A stretch of 64,000 nt of DNA from NCBI GenBank assembly GCA_963824995.1, contig CAWGRK010000002.1, positions 186,001 to 250,000 of the forward strand. The letters run 5' to 3'. Below are positions 31,304 through 41,221 of this stretch, in pieces. Under the pieces are notes generated by a model, which worked only from the letters and a program-made list of their open reading frames with translations, did no database searches and had not been told where the DNA came from. Each line of letters starts with the position of its first letter. The stretch's first letter is position 1. A program made the translations under genes and the position numbers. The DNA comes from an uncultured Actinomycetes bacterium (GTDB taxonomy: Bacteria; Actinomycetota; Acidimicrobiia; Spongiisociales; DATADW01).

Positions 31304-33298
31304 CTATCCCAGTGCCCGATAGAGGAACGCCGCCATCTGGCCGCGGGTCACTTCAACCAACGGGCAGAAAGTGCTGGAGGTGCATCCCTCGGTGATACCG
31401 GTGGCGGCGAGAGCGTTGATGGCGTCCTCGTGGGTAGTGCCGTTGTCGTCACCGAAGGCGTCGGGACCCGGAGGAAGGTCGAGAGCACGTGCCAGGAAGC
31501 TGGCCATCTGACCACGGGTCACCTCCTCGTCGGGGCAGAAAGTGCTGGAGGTGCATCCCTCGGTGATACCGGTGGCGGCGAGGGCGTTGATGGCGTCCTC
31601 GTGGGTAGTGCCGTTGTCGTCACCGAAGGCGTCCGGCCCCGGCGGGAGATCGAGGGCCCGCACCAGGAAGCTGGCCATCTGGCCGCGGCGAACGCCGGAT
31701 TGGGGGCAGAACAGGGTTCCTGCATCGTCGCAACCCAGCGTTATTCCCGTGGCAGAGAGCCAGGCGATCTCCTTGTCGAACATCGAGGCGGCCAGGTCCT
31801 CGAAGGGGAGCCCGACGATGACGGGAACGGTTGCCCGCCCTTCGGTTCCGACAGGAGACCTGACCGTGACCCTGGCTGTGTATATGCCGGGTTCGTCGAA
31901 GACATGGACCAGATTGCTGCCGTCGGCGGCCTGGCCGTCGCCAAACGTCCAGCGGTACCCGGCGAGCTTGCCTGTCGGGTCGCATTTGGCATCGCCGGAT
32001 AGGTCGACGCTGAGCGGGGCGCCGCCGTGCCGGGGAACTGCCGACGCCTCGACGCGCATCGGGCCTCCGTAGCGGTCGAGGGCAGCGGATACGGCCGCTG
32101 CGGCATCGAGCCGACCACCGGAGACCGTTCGGCCCACCAGGTCGGATGCCGGGTCCACCGTCGCCAGCACCGTCTTGCGAACCACCGACGCCGGCGAGCA
32201 CGGGTTGGCCGAGCGGACTAACGCCGCCGCCGCGGTGACGTGCGGCGTCGCCGGTGACGTGCCGCTCAGCGAGCCGTGTCCGGGAGCGGGCTCATAGTCG
32301 AGCGGGGTGGTGGAGAGGATGTTCGTCCCGGGGGCGCCCAGATCGACGCTCTCGTCACCCCAGTTGGAGAACGAGGCGAGCAGGTCGTCCGGATCGGTGG
32401 CCGCCACCGACACGATCGTGTTCCCCGAGAACGCCGCCGGGACAAGCGGGTTCTCATCGGCATCGGTGGCCTGATTCCCCGCAGCCGCCACCACCAGGAC
32501 CCCGGCCTTGCCCGCCGCCTTCACCGCCTGGCGAAGGGGCGCATCGAGGTCGCCACCGAGAGGTGCCCGTCCCAGCGAGATGTTGATGACATCGGCGCCG
32601 TTGTCCACGGCGTACGCCAGACCCGCTATCACGTCGGCGTCGGGGCATATGTCGTCGCACACCCGCAACGGCATGAGCTTGACTCCGGGCGCAACCCCGG
32701 CAACGCCCTGGCCGTCGATGGCGGCCGCCAGCACCCCGCTCATGATCGTGCCGTGATACCCGAGGTCGTCGGGCTGGCTGTCCCCGTCGCGGAAATCCCA
32801 TCCGTGGGCGTCGTCGACGAACCCGTTGCCGTCATCGTCGGCGCCGTTGTCCGGAACTTCACCGGCGTTGTCCCAGAGTCTCGGCTCCAACTCGGGGTGC
32901 TCCAGGTCGGTACCGGTGTCCAGAACCGCCACCACGATCGCCGAACGGCCCTGCGTCACCTCCCACGCCGCCGGTGCCCGGACCTTGGCCAGGCCCCATT
33001 GCGCCTCCTGGAGGGGTTCTTCCTGGGGGAGGAGCACGGCGTTGGGGTAGAGGTCCACACCGGCTCGGGTCGCAGCGTCGGCCTCGGCTCCGGGATCGAC
33101 CCGGAGCAGCGCCCACCCCAGGCCGAGCATCTCGACGCTCCCGCCGGTGGCGGCAGCAGCGGCATCGGCCTGGTCGCTGGGCACGAGGTACTCGTCAGCC
33201 ACCGTCTCCACCTCTGAAGGTGCTGCGGTGGGCGCGGTCCCGGGAAGGCTTGTCACCGCCGCCAGCACGGCGATGAGTAGGCGAATCATTCCCGGCAT
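31304..33298 (-). CDS. S8 subtilase with PKD domain and three SLH-like repeats
   Basis: Catalytic triad motifs VAVLDTG, HGT and GTSPATPHV, plus AAAGN. PKD motif WTFGDG. C-terminal repeats. Confidence 0.9.
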   Translation of the reverse strand: MPGMIRLLIAVLAAVTSLPGTAPTAAPSEVETVADEYLVPSDQADAAAAATGGSVEMLGLGWALLRVDPGAEADAATRAGVDLYPNAVLLPQEEPLQEAQWGLAKVRAPAAWEVTQGRSAIVVAVLDTGTDLEHPELEPRLWDNAGEVPDNGADDDGNGFVDDAHGWDFRDGDSQPDDLGYHGTIMSGVLAAAIDGQGVAGVAPGVKLMPLRVCDDICPDADVIAGLAYAVDNGADVINISLGRAPLGGDLDAPLRQAVKAAGKAGVLVVAAAGNQATDADENPLVPAAFSGNTIVSVAATDPDDLLASFSNWGDESVDLGAPGTNILSTTPLDYEPAPGHGSLSGTSPATPHVTAAAALVRSANPCSPASVVRKTVLATVDPASDLVGRTVSGGRLDAAAAVSAALDRYGGPMRVEASAVPRHGGAPLSVDLSGDAKCDPTGKLAGYRWTFGDGQAADGSNLVHVFDEPGIYTARVTVRSPVGTEGRATVPVIVGLPFEDLAASMFDKEIAWLSATGITLGCDDAGTLFCPQSGVRRGQMASFLVRALDLPPGPDAFGDDNGTTHEDAINALAATGITEGCTSSTFCPDEEVTRGQMASFLARALDLPPGPDAFGDDNGTTHEDAINALAATGITEGCTSSTFCPLVEVTRGQMAAFLYRALG

Positions 33299-33509
33299 GG
33301 AACAACACGGAGCGCAATAGGCCAAACCGCCGGGACCCAGAGGGTGGGGCGTCCGGATCGGGTTGCCATCGTGTCTCGGACCTGTCAGGGATTGCCTGAC
33401 AACGCCAGGTCGGCCTAGTCTGCGATGCCGGGTTGGGAGCAGGCGGGGGATTTCGGTCGAAGCTGGACGGTGCCCTCGCATGCATGTTGAGGCTCAGGCA
33501 CGATGCTCG

Positions 33510-35432
33510 ATGAACGGTCGCAGGCTCCTGCTGCGCACCGCGGTCGTCGCCGGTGTTGTCGGCGCAGCCCTCATCGCGCCCCGCCTGACGATCCAAGCCC
33601 TCCCGGCGCCGCCGGCCGCATCGTCGTTCGCACTCTCCTTTCAGGAAGCGGGCTCCGACACCTGGGAGACGCCCCCCATCGAGGCAGCAGCGACCATCGC
33701 CGGCTTGTCGTGGGAGGGCGACCCCCCGAGGCGCGCCTGGGTCCGGGCCAGCAAAGACGGGTCGGAGTGGTCGCCCTGGACCGAGCTTCAGGTGGACTCC
33801 GAACACGGGCCTGACCCTGGCACCGCCGAGGCGGCGGCATCGCGTCCCGCAAGCGAGCCGGTCTACGTCGGCGAGGCGAATTGGCTGCAGTATCGGGTGG
33901 AGGGCGCCGAGCCGGGGAGGGTCAAGGCCGAGGTGGTCGAGACAGCCGGTCGCCAGCTGGGCGTGCTGGAGAGAGCTGCCCTGGTGGTCCGTGGGATAGA
34001 GCTGACCAGCGCGGTGGAGGCAGGGGCGTCGCCGACGGCTCCCGAATTCATATCGAGAGATGAGTGGGGGGCGGACTCCTGTCAACCCTCCAACCCCTCG
34101 TCACCCGAATACATCACCCGGGTCCGGGTCATGTTCGTCCATCACACCGCGACCGCCAATGGCTATACCGAGGCCGAGGCGCCCGAGGTGATCCGGTCGG
34201 TGTGCGCCTACCACGTCTTCACACTGGGATGGAGCGATATCGCCTACAACTTCCTCATCGACCGCTTCGGCAACACGTATGAGGGCCGCGCCGGCGGCGT
34301 CAGCCAGGCCGTCTACGGCGGTCACACCAAGGGTTTCAACTCATACTCGAGCGGGGTGGCGCTCATCGGCGATCACACCTCGGCCGCCCCGGGCCCGGAC
34401 GCGATCGAGTCGCTCGAGCACCTGCTTGCGTGGAAGCTCGATCTCAACCACGCCGACCCCACCGGTTCGTCCAAGGTCATGTCGCTCGGCTCGACGCTCT
34501 ACCCCTTCGGCGACTGGGTGACCCTCCCCAATATCGCCGGCCACAGGGACGCACAGGCGACGAGTTGCCCGGGCGACTCCTGCTACGTGCTGCTTCCGTC
34601 TATCCGAAAAGCGGTCGAGAAGCGAGGAGGAGCCAAGATCTATGGCGGGTTCCCAGACGTCGAGCCCACTCCGTATCGCCAGGACATGGTCTTCCACCTC
34701 GGCTTCACCGAGCGGATGGCCTGGTCGTTCCGCCTGTCCCACAATGTGGACGGCTCGACCATGGTGAGCCGTTCTGGCACCGGCAAGGCAGCCACCATCA
34801 CCTGGGACCGCATACATCAGGGTGCCTATGTCGAACCTGGCTGGTATCCGGTGGAGTTGACCGCCGAGACGTCCGATGGCGGCACCCCGCGCCAGGCGAG
34901 CACCGCGGTGCTGGTCTTCAGGCCGCCCTTCGTGGACGACGACGGGTCGATCCACGAGTTCAGCATCCAGGACATCGCCGAGGCTGGGATCACCGTCGGC
35001 TGTGGTGGTAATCGCTACTGCCCGAACCAGGCCGTGACCCGCGGGCAGATGGCGAGCTTCCTCACCCGTGCGCTTGACCTGCCGCCGTCCCCCGACGACT
35101 GGTTCGACGACGACGACAAGAGTGTCCACGACGAGGCGATCGACAGCATCGCCGAGGCCGGGATCACGAAGGGGTTCCCCAACGGGACTTTCCGACCGGA
35201 CCAGGCCGTGACCCGCGGGCAGATGGCGAGCTTCCTCACCCGTGCGCTTGACCTGCCGCCGTCCCCCGACGACTGGTTCGACGACGACGACAACAGTGTC
35301 CACGACGAGGCGATCGACAGCATCGCCGAGGCCGGAATAACCACCGGTTTCAGCGACGGCACCTTCCGCCCCGAGGAGCCGGTCACCAGGGCACAGATGG
35401 CCAGCTTCCTCGACAGGGGATTTCTCGAATGA
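33510..35432 (+). CDS. N-acetylmuramoyl-L-alanine amidase (Amidase_2/PGRP-like) with three SLH-like repeats
   Basis: ISRDEWGA, VHHTA, GWSDIAYNFLIDRFG..YEGRAG, HTKGFN and GHRD..TSCPG motifs. Confidence 0.88.
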   Translation: MNGRRLLLRTAVVAGVVGAALIAPRLTIQALPAPPAASSFALSFQEAGSDTWETPPIEAAATIAGLSWEGDPPRRAWVRASKDGSEWSPWTELQVDSEHGPDPGTAEAAASRPASEPVYVGEANWLQYRVEGAEPGRVKAEVVETAGRQLGVLERAALVVRGIELTSAVEAGASPTAPEFISRDEWGADSCQPSNPSSPEYITRVRVMFVHHTATANGYTEAEAPEVIRSVCAYHVFTLGWSDIAYNFLIDRFGNTYEGRAGGVSQAVYGGHTKGFNSYSSGVALIGDHTSAAPGPDAIESLEHLLAWKLDLNHADPTGSSKVMSLGSTLYPFGDWVTLPNIAGHRDAQATSCPGDSCYVLLPSIRKAVEKRGGAKIYGGFPDVEPTPYRQDMVFHLGFTERMAWSFRLSHNVDGSTMVSRSGTGKAATITWDRIHQGAYVEPGWYPVELTAETSDGGTPRQASTAVLVFRPPFVDDDGSIHEFSIQDIAEAGITVGCGGNRYCPNQAVTRGQMASFLTRALDLPPSPDDWFDDDDKSVHDEAIDSIAEAGITKGFPNGTFRPDQAVTRGQMASFLTRALDLPPSPDDWFDDDDNSVHDEAIDSIAEAGITTGFSDGTFRPEEPVTRAQMASFLDRGFLE

Positions 35433-37241
35433 TGCGGAGGGCGCTGGTCGCGACGCTGGCGGTGCTGCTGGTGGGGATGGTCGCCGCTCCTGCAGGAGCG
35501 GACGAGAGGGACGTCTACACCTTCGAGGGTCGGGGATGGGGCCATAGCGTCGGATTCAGCCAGTACGGCGCACAGGGGCATGGCGATGGAGGGCTACGGC
35601 TACAAGGAGATCGTCACCCACTACTACAAGGGCACGTCTGTCGGCACGATCGCCGACTCGGTTGGGTCGGGCAGTTTCCTCCGCACGAAGATCCGGCCCG
35701 TCTGGGTGGGTCTGCTGCAATCGCTCACCACCGCCACCTTCTCTCCGTATGTCGTCGAGGAGGGTCACACCGTGAAGGTGTGTCAGGACAAGCTCTCGAG
35801 TGGCCGGCGCTGCGCCAACGCCAAGGAGGGGCAAGAGTGGAAGGTGCGGACCGCCGACAAGGGTGGGTGCCGGATCCTCCGCAACGGCAATCGCGTCTGG
35901 GAATCGAGGGGCAAGTGCCGGGTTGACGTCGCCTTGGGCGGCCCACCGACCCGGATCCTGCTCTCGGGCACCGGATACACCTACGCGAGAGGTGTGCTCC
36001 ACATGCGACCGGTCCCCGACCAGAAGGCTTTCCACGTATCGCTCCAAGTGTCGATGAACGAGTACATCAGGGGCATCGCCGAGGTCCCGACGGACTGGCC
36101 GGTGGCGACGCTCAAGGCGCAGGCGGTGGCCGCCCGGAGCTACGGGGCGTACAAGGTTCTCGGATACGGCCCCATCGCCGGCCTCGACAACACCCGCCGC
36201 CAGGAATGCTGGTGTCATCTCTACGGGGACACCCGCGACCAGTACTACATCGGGTGGGCCAAGGAGACCTACGGCGCCGCCTGGCCGGACGCGGTGACCT
36301 CCACAAGCGGGGAGGTGGTCACTTACGGGGGAGACGGCACCCAGTCGGGGATCATCCAGGCCTTCTATTCGGCATCATCCGGCGGAGTCACCGAGCGCAG
36401 TGTCGACATCTGGGGAGGTTGGCGCGATTACCTGCAGAGCGTCTCCGATCCGTGGGCGATAGACCCGGCCGTGGGGAATCCATACGCCACCTGGACCTTC
36501 GATCTGAAGGCGGGGAAGTTGGCGACCGCATTGGGATGGGACGAGGTCGACTCGGTGACGCTGCTCACCGTTCCCCCCAACTCCACCTTCCAGGTGGGCG
36601 GGAGAGACGGCGGCCAAGCAGTCTCCACGACGGTCACCGGACCATGGATCTACCAGACATTCGGGACCAGATCGCCGCACGTCCGGGGGGTGACCAAGAC
36701 CGCCGCGCTCCCCTTCGACGACATCTCCACCGGCGACACGCACACCGAGGCGATCCTCGCCATCCACGACGCCGGGATCACCGCGGGGTGCGACGCCGAC
36801 TCCTTCTGCCCTGAAGCCATCGTCACCAGGGCCCAAATGGCCAGTTTCCTGACTAGGGCGCTCGACCTGGAACCGTCCGAGGACAACCGCTTCGGCGACG
36901 TAGCCGGTGGCTCCACCCACGCCGGTGCGATAAACGCCATCGCCGACGCCGGGATAACGGTGGGGTGCAACCAGGCCGGCACCCGGTTCTGCCCCGGTGA
37001 GGCGGTGAGCAGGGCCCAGATGGCGAGCTTCCTGGCGAGGGCGCTCGGGCTCGACCCGATCGACGGTCGCCAGTTCAGCGACGTCCCGGCCGACTCGGTG
37101 CACTTGGGGGCGATCAACGCCATCGCCGCAGCCGGGATCACCAAGGGTTGTGACAGCGCCGGCACCCGGTTCTGCCCAAACAAGGCCCTGCCCCGAGCAG
37201 AGATGGCCAGCTTCCTCGCCCGCTCTTTCGTCTGGGAGTAG
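35429..37241 (+). CDS. SpoIID/LytB-domain protein with three SLH-like repeats; +1 frameshift in GGGG at 35575-35578
   Basis: GRGWGHSVGFSQYGAQG|MA joins EYIRGIAEVP..W, LKAQAVAARSY, DQYY and FYSASSGG.T. Confidence 0.85.
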
Positions 37242-37255
37242 GCGGAGAAATCGGG

Positions 37256-37306
37256 CAACCCGGGGTTCGAACGGTCGCACAGCAGCATTTCGAGCCCACA
37301 GAACGG
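37256..37306 (-). repeat. 51-nt dispersed repeat copy A
   Basis: Its reverse complement aligns without gaps to 39026-39076 (41/51 identical by manual count). Confidence 0.75.
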
Positions 37307-37344
37307 ACCGCCCGGATGGTCAGATGTCCGACGGTATCGCCTGG

Positions 37345-38316
37345 TCAACCGCCCCGGAACCCGACGAGGAAACCGATTCCCCAGGCGATGTGCATCACCG
37401 GTAGCACCACTGGCAATAACAGGGCGGCGGGGTCGCGACGGTTCGCCACATTGGCCGCTGCTGTGGCACCGAGGGCGACGGCGTAGACCCCAGGGACGAC
37501 CGCGCCAAGCGCAGCACGCCCCGCCAACGCGGCAAGTGCAGACGCCGACAGACCGACGACAAGAGCAGGCGGGGCGAGTTGACGGGGTCGGAGCGAGGCA
37601 GGGTGGCGGCGGATGACCCGGTTCTTCCAGCGGCCGTAGTCGAAGTACTGCTGCCAGAGGGCGAGAAGGTCGGCCCTCGGGGTGTATAGGACGCGGAGAC
37701 GCGGTTCGAACCACACCTCCTCGCCGGCTTCGTGCAGCCTCCAGTTCAACTCGTAGTCCTGGTTGCGGATGAGTGACTCGTCGTAGAGACCGATCTTGTC
37801 GAGCACCGCTCTTGGGAAGGTGCCCAGGTAAACCGTGTCGGTGGGTCCGGGGTCTCCCCCATAGTGGAACCTGGCGTCTCCGACACCCATGGGGATCGAC
37901 ATGGCGAGGGCGATGGCTCGCTGGAGGAGGCCTTGCCCGGTCGCTTCCTGAACCCCCCCGACATTCCCAGCGCCAGTCTCGAGGAGAGTCTCGACCGCAA
38001 TTTGTATGTACCCGGGCGGGAGGATGGCGTGGCCGTCGCAGCGCACGATGACGTCGCTGGCCGAGGCCCGGATGGCGGCGTTGAGCCCGGCTGGAGCGCT
38101 TCCTGCCGGATTGGGGACCACCCGCACCCTGGGGTCCGCTGCGGCGAGGCGCCCGAGGATCTCGGCTGTCCCATCACTCGATCCGCCGTCGGCGACCACC
38201 ACCTCGATCGTGCCCTCGTACTCCTGGTCGAGGGCCGAGCGAACCGCGTCCCCGACAGACTCCGCCTCGTCGAGAACCGGGATCACCACGGCCACCGAGG
38301 GCCATGAGCCATCCAT
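37345..38316 (-). CDS. GT2 glycosyltransferase (ExoA-like)
   Basis: VVIPVLDE, ADGGSSDGT, RCDGH and RNQDYELN motifs. TACCGT lies 7 nt before ATG. Confidence 0.85.
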   Translation of the reverse strand: MDGSWPSVAVVIPVLDEAESVGDAVRSALDQEYEGTIEVVVADGGSSDGTAEILGRLAAADPRVRVVPNPAGSAPAGLNAAIRASASDVIVRCDGHAILPPGYIQIAVETLLETGAGNVGGVQEATGQGLLQRAIALAMSIPMGVGDARFHYGGDPGPTDTVYLGTFPRAVLDKIGLYDESLIRNQDYELNWRLHEAGEEVWFEPRLRVLYTPRADLLALWQQYFDYGRWKNRVIRRHPASLRPRQLAPPALVVGLSASALAALAGRAALGAVVPGVYAVALGATAAANVANRRDPAALLLPVVLPVMHIAWGIGFLVGFRGG

Positions 38317-38340
38317 CAACCCGACGGTAACCCTTCTACC

Positions 38341-39024
38341 GTGCCGGCGATGCCCGCCGGTCTCCAGATCTCGCCGCCGATGGTGCTCGCCATGTGGGCG
38401 GGAGGGATCGCCGCCGGGGCGGCGCTCATCGCCTGGTGGAGGATCGTCGGCCGTGGATTCATCTGGCTCGCCGCCGCGGTGGCGGGTGTGCTCGGGGCCG
38501 CGGCGGCCGCCGCCGGTGGAGGGATCCCCGCCGTCCTCGGGGCGATCTTCGCCGCGCTCGCCATCCTGCTCGCCACCCGACCCAAGCTGGCCTCGCTGCT
38601 CCTCGCCGCATCTGCCGGTGTGCTGGTCTCTTCGGCGGCGCTGTCGGGGGATGCCCTGCTTGCGCTCAGCGGTGCCGCTGCACTGGGAGCCGTCACCGAC
38701 GAGATGCTGCTCGGCCACTGGTATCTGGTCGATCCCCGATTGCCCCGCTGGGCGTTGCGAGCCTTGGCCATCGCCGGTCTCGTTACGGCCGCAGTCGATG
38801 GAGTGCTCCTGCTGGTGCGTGGCGCCTGGCCGGCGGGAGGGTCCGTAATCGCTTGGGCGTTTGTGGTCGCCGCCATCGCCACCGTGATCCTGATGGCGGC
38901 TGTGCTGGGCTCTCTCCGACAGCCGGCGTATACCGGGGTGATGGCTGCCACCGGTCTCTCCTACCTGGCGTTGATCACCTCGCTCGCCGCCACCGTGCTG
39001 GGCAGGACCTTGCTCCCCGTTTGA
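38341..39024 (+). CDS. Hypothetical polytopic membrane protein
   Basis: Hydrophobic ORF with conserved-looking MLLGHWYLVDP and VMAATGLSYLA motifs. Confidence 0.65.
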   Translation: MPAMPAGLQISPPMVLAMWAGGIAAGAALIAWWRIVGRGFIWLAAAVAGVLGAAAAAAGGGIPAVLGAIFAALAILLATRPKLASLLLAASAGVLVSSAALSGDALLALSGAAALGAVTDEMLLGHWYLVDPRLPRWALRALAIAGLVTAAVDGVLLLVRGAWPAGGSVIAWAFVVAAIATVILMAAVLGSLRQPAYTGVMAATGLSYLALITSLAATVLGRTLLPV

Positions 39025-39025
39025 G

Positions 39026-39114
39026 CCGTTCTGTGGGCCCGAAGCGCTCCTCTGCAACCGCTACAACCCTGGGTTGGGGAGTACCGCAGCGGTAGCTGCC
39101 AACCCTGGGTTGGC
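39026..39114 (+). repeat. 51-nt dispersed repeat copy B plus second CAACCCTGGGTTG palindrome
   Basis: CCGTTCTGTGGG... starts 2 nt after the stop. Palindromes at 39064-39076 and 39098-39114. Confidence 0.75.
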
Positions 39115-39140
39115 GGGCGCTTACCTACACTCCCCGCCCG

Positions 39141-39689
39141 GTGAAGATCTCTACGGGCAAGGGCGACGACGGCACCACCGGTCTCTTGTTCGGAGGTCGG
39201 GTCCAAAAGGACGACACCGGTCCCGAGGCGTACGGCACCGTTGACGAGGCGGTGTCTGCGCTCGGAGTGGCGCGCTCGCTAGCCGAGGGCGAGACGGCGG
39301 AGAGGCTGCTCCAGATCCAGCGTGACCTCTTCGTGGCTGGCGCCGAGTTGGCCACCGCCGCCGCCAACCGGAGAAAGCTCGAACCGGGTGCGACTCTGGT
39401 CGACGCGGACATGGTCGGGCGCATCGAGGAGTGGACCGAGGATCTCGAACGGAGCGTCGACTTACCACCGGAGTTCATCGTGCCCGGTGGGGCGCCACTT
39501 GCGGCGGCGCTCGACATGGCGCGGGCAGTGATTCGTCGTGCAGAGCGGAGGGTTGTCTCGCATTTGAACAGCGCAGGCATCGAGGACAGCAGGGTCCTGG
39601 TCTATCTCAATCGGCTTGCCGACTTCGTTTTCTTGCTCGCCCGAGCCGAGGAGGGCAAGTCGCAGCTATGGCACGACCAGGAGCGCTGA
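39141..39689 (+). CDS. pduO: ATP:cob(I)alamin adenosyltransferase (PduO type)
   Basis: TGKGDDGTT, AYGTVDE, FIVPGG, RRAER and YLNRLADFVF motifs. Confidence 0.9.
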   Translation: MKISTGKGDDGTTGLLFGGRVQKDDTGPEAYGTVDEAVSALGVARSLAEGETAERLLQIQRDLFVAGAELATAAANRRKLEPGATLVDADMVGRIEEWTEDLERSVDLPPEFIVPGGAPLAAALDMARAVIRRAERRVVSHLNSAGIEDSRVLVYLNRLADFVFLLARAEEGKSQLWHDQER

Positions 39690-39693
39690 ACTG

Positions 39694-41171
39694 ATGGGAC
39701 TGATGACTTCGGTGCAAGGGGGCCCCCAGCCTCCATCGGCACCCGGTGGGGCCATCCTGATTGGAGTGCTCGCCGGACGGGTCCTCGCTCCGGGATCCGA
39801 GCGGTGGTCATCGTTGCTCGATGCCAACCGGGCCTTTCTCGACGGCTTGGACTTCAAGGGCGACCCGGGACAGGTTGTGAGGCTGCCGGCACCGGATGAC
39901 GTCGATTCGTCATCGGTCATACTCGTGGGAGTTGGACCCACCCCGGACAATGAGGCACTCCGCCGCGCCGCCGGTTGGGCCGCACGCTCGGCCGCCGGTT
40001 CGGCGACCGTTGCCACCGAGATGCACGCCGTCGGCCAAAAAGGCGCCGCCCGGGCCGTCACCGAGGGGTTCCTACTCGGCAGTTACCGGTTCGATCGCTA
40101 CCGGTCGCGCCCCAAGCCTCCACCGGCATCACATCTCGTGCTGTCCGGCGCCGATGACGCCCAGATGGACGAGTCAGAGACAGGGACGGTGGTTGCCGAG
40201 GCTGTCGCCTTGGCGCGTGCGACCTGGTTCTCGAGCCAGCAGCGGCCCAGTCCCCCGAAGATCTCGCCGCACGATTCGTCGAGGTCGCCACGGCAGCGGG
40301 TGCGACCGTAGAAGTGCTCGAAGAGAATCAGATCGCCGCCGCCGGGTTGGGTGGTCTCGCCGGTGTCGGGGCAGGTTCGAACCGGCCGCCCCGCTTGGTC
40401 CGGATTCGGCACCGCCCCGACGGAGCGGTCGGCTCGCTGGCGTTGGTGGGAAAGGGGATCACCTTCGATTCGGGCGGGTTGTCGATCAAGTCGGCTGAGT
40501 TGATGGAACCGATGAAGAGCGACATGGCGGGAGCGGCCGCCGTTGTGGCCACTCTGCAGGCGGTGGCGAGGCTGGGCCTTCCCCTCGGTGTCGAGGTCAT
40601 CACGCCGCTGGCCGACAACCTCCCGTCGGGGTCGGCGATGAAGCCGGGCGATGTTCTCCGCACCCGGAACGGGAAGACCATCGAGGTGCTCAACACCGAC
40701 GCAGAGGGGCGGTTGGTGCTGGCGGACGCCCTCGCTCTCGCCACCGAGTCGGCACCGGATCTGGTGGTGGACGTTGCCACGCTCACAGGTGCGGCAAGGG
40801 TCGCCCTAGGGGAGAAGGTCGCCGGGGTGTGGGGCAACCGAGCCTGGGTGGTGGACAGAATCGTCGCCGCGGCGACGACGGCGGGAGAGACGGTATGGCC
40901 GATGCCACTTCATCATGATTACCGGCCGCTGATCGACTCCGATCTGGCCGACATGAAGAACACCGGGGGCCGGTTCGGCGGCGCCATCACCGCCGCTCTG
41001 ATCCTCTCCGAGTTCGTCGGAGAGGTCCCATGGGCACATCTCGATGTCGCCGGACCGGCGCGCTGGCCGGACGATGAGCACTACCAGCGCAAGGGTGCCT
41101 CGGGTTTCGGGGTGAGGACGCTGGTCGCTCTTTGCGAAGTCCTGGCGGCGGGGGAGATGGGTCCGAGCTAG
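39694..41171 (+). CDS. pepA: Leucyl aminopeptidase (M17); frameshift near 40218
   Basis: The N-terminal domain joins RDLVLEP..PEDLA in the next frame. GKGITFDSGG, KSDMAG, NTDAEGRL, ATLTG and HLDVAG motifs. Confidence 0.88.
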
Positions 41172-41221
41172 CCGGTGGGGCGCAACGGCGCGCATGTCCG
41201 CCCCGGGTAACCTGCTGGACC

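Noticed and set aside
37345..39057. Long N-terminal extensions in the ORF track (GT2 to 39057, accA to 53129, cofD to 63516, rfbA from 19869)
   Set aside because: They overlap other genes or repeats. Family motifs and -10 or RBS signals support the shorter starts.
1..40260. Frameshifts as programmed recoding, phase variation or mass pseudogenisation
   Set aside because: They are scattered 1-2 nt indels, several in short homopolymers, in otherwise intact genes (wecB, pepA, SpoIID) without in-frame stops. Long-read consensus error is the simplest explanation; read polishing would settle it.
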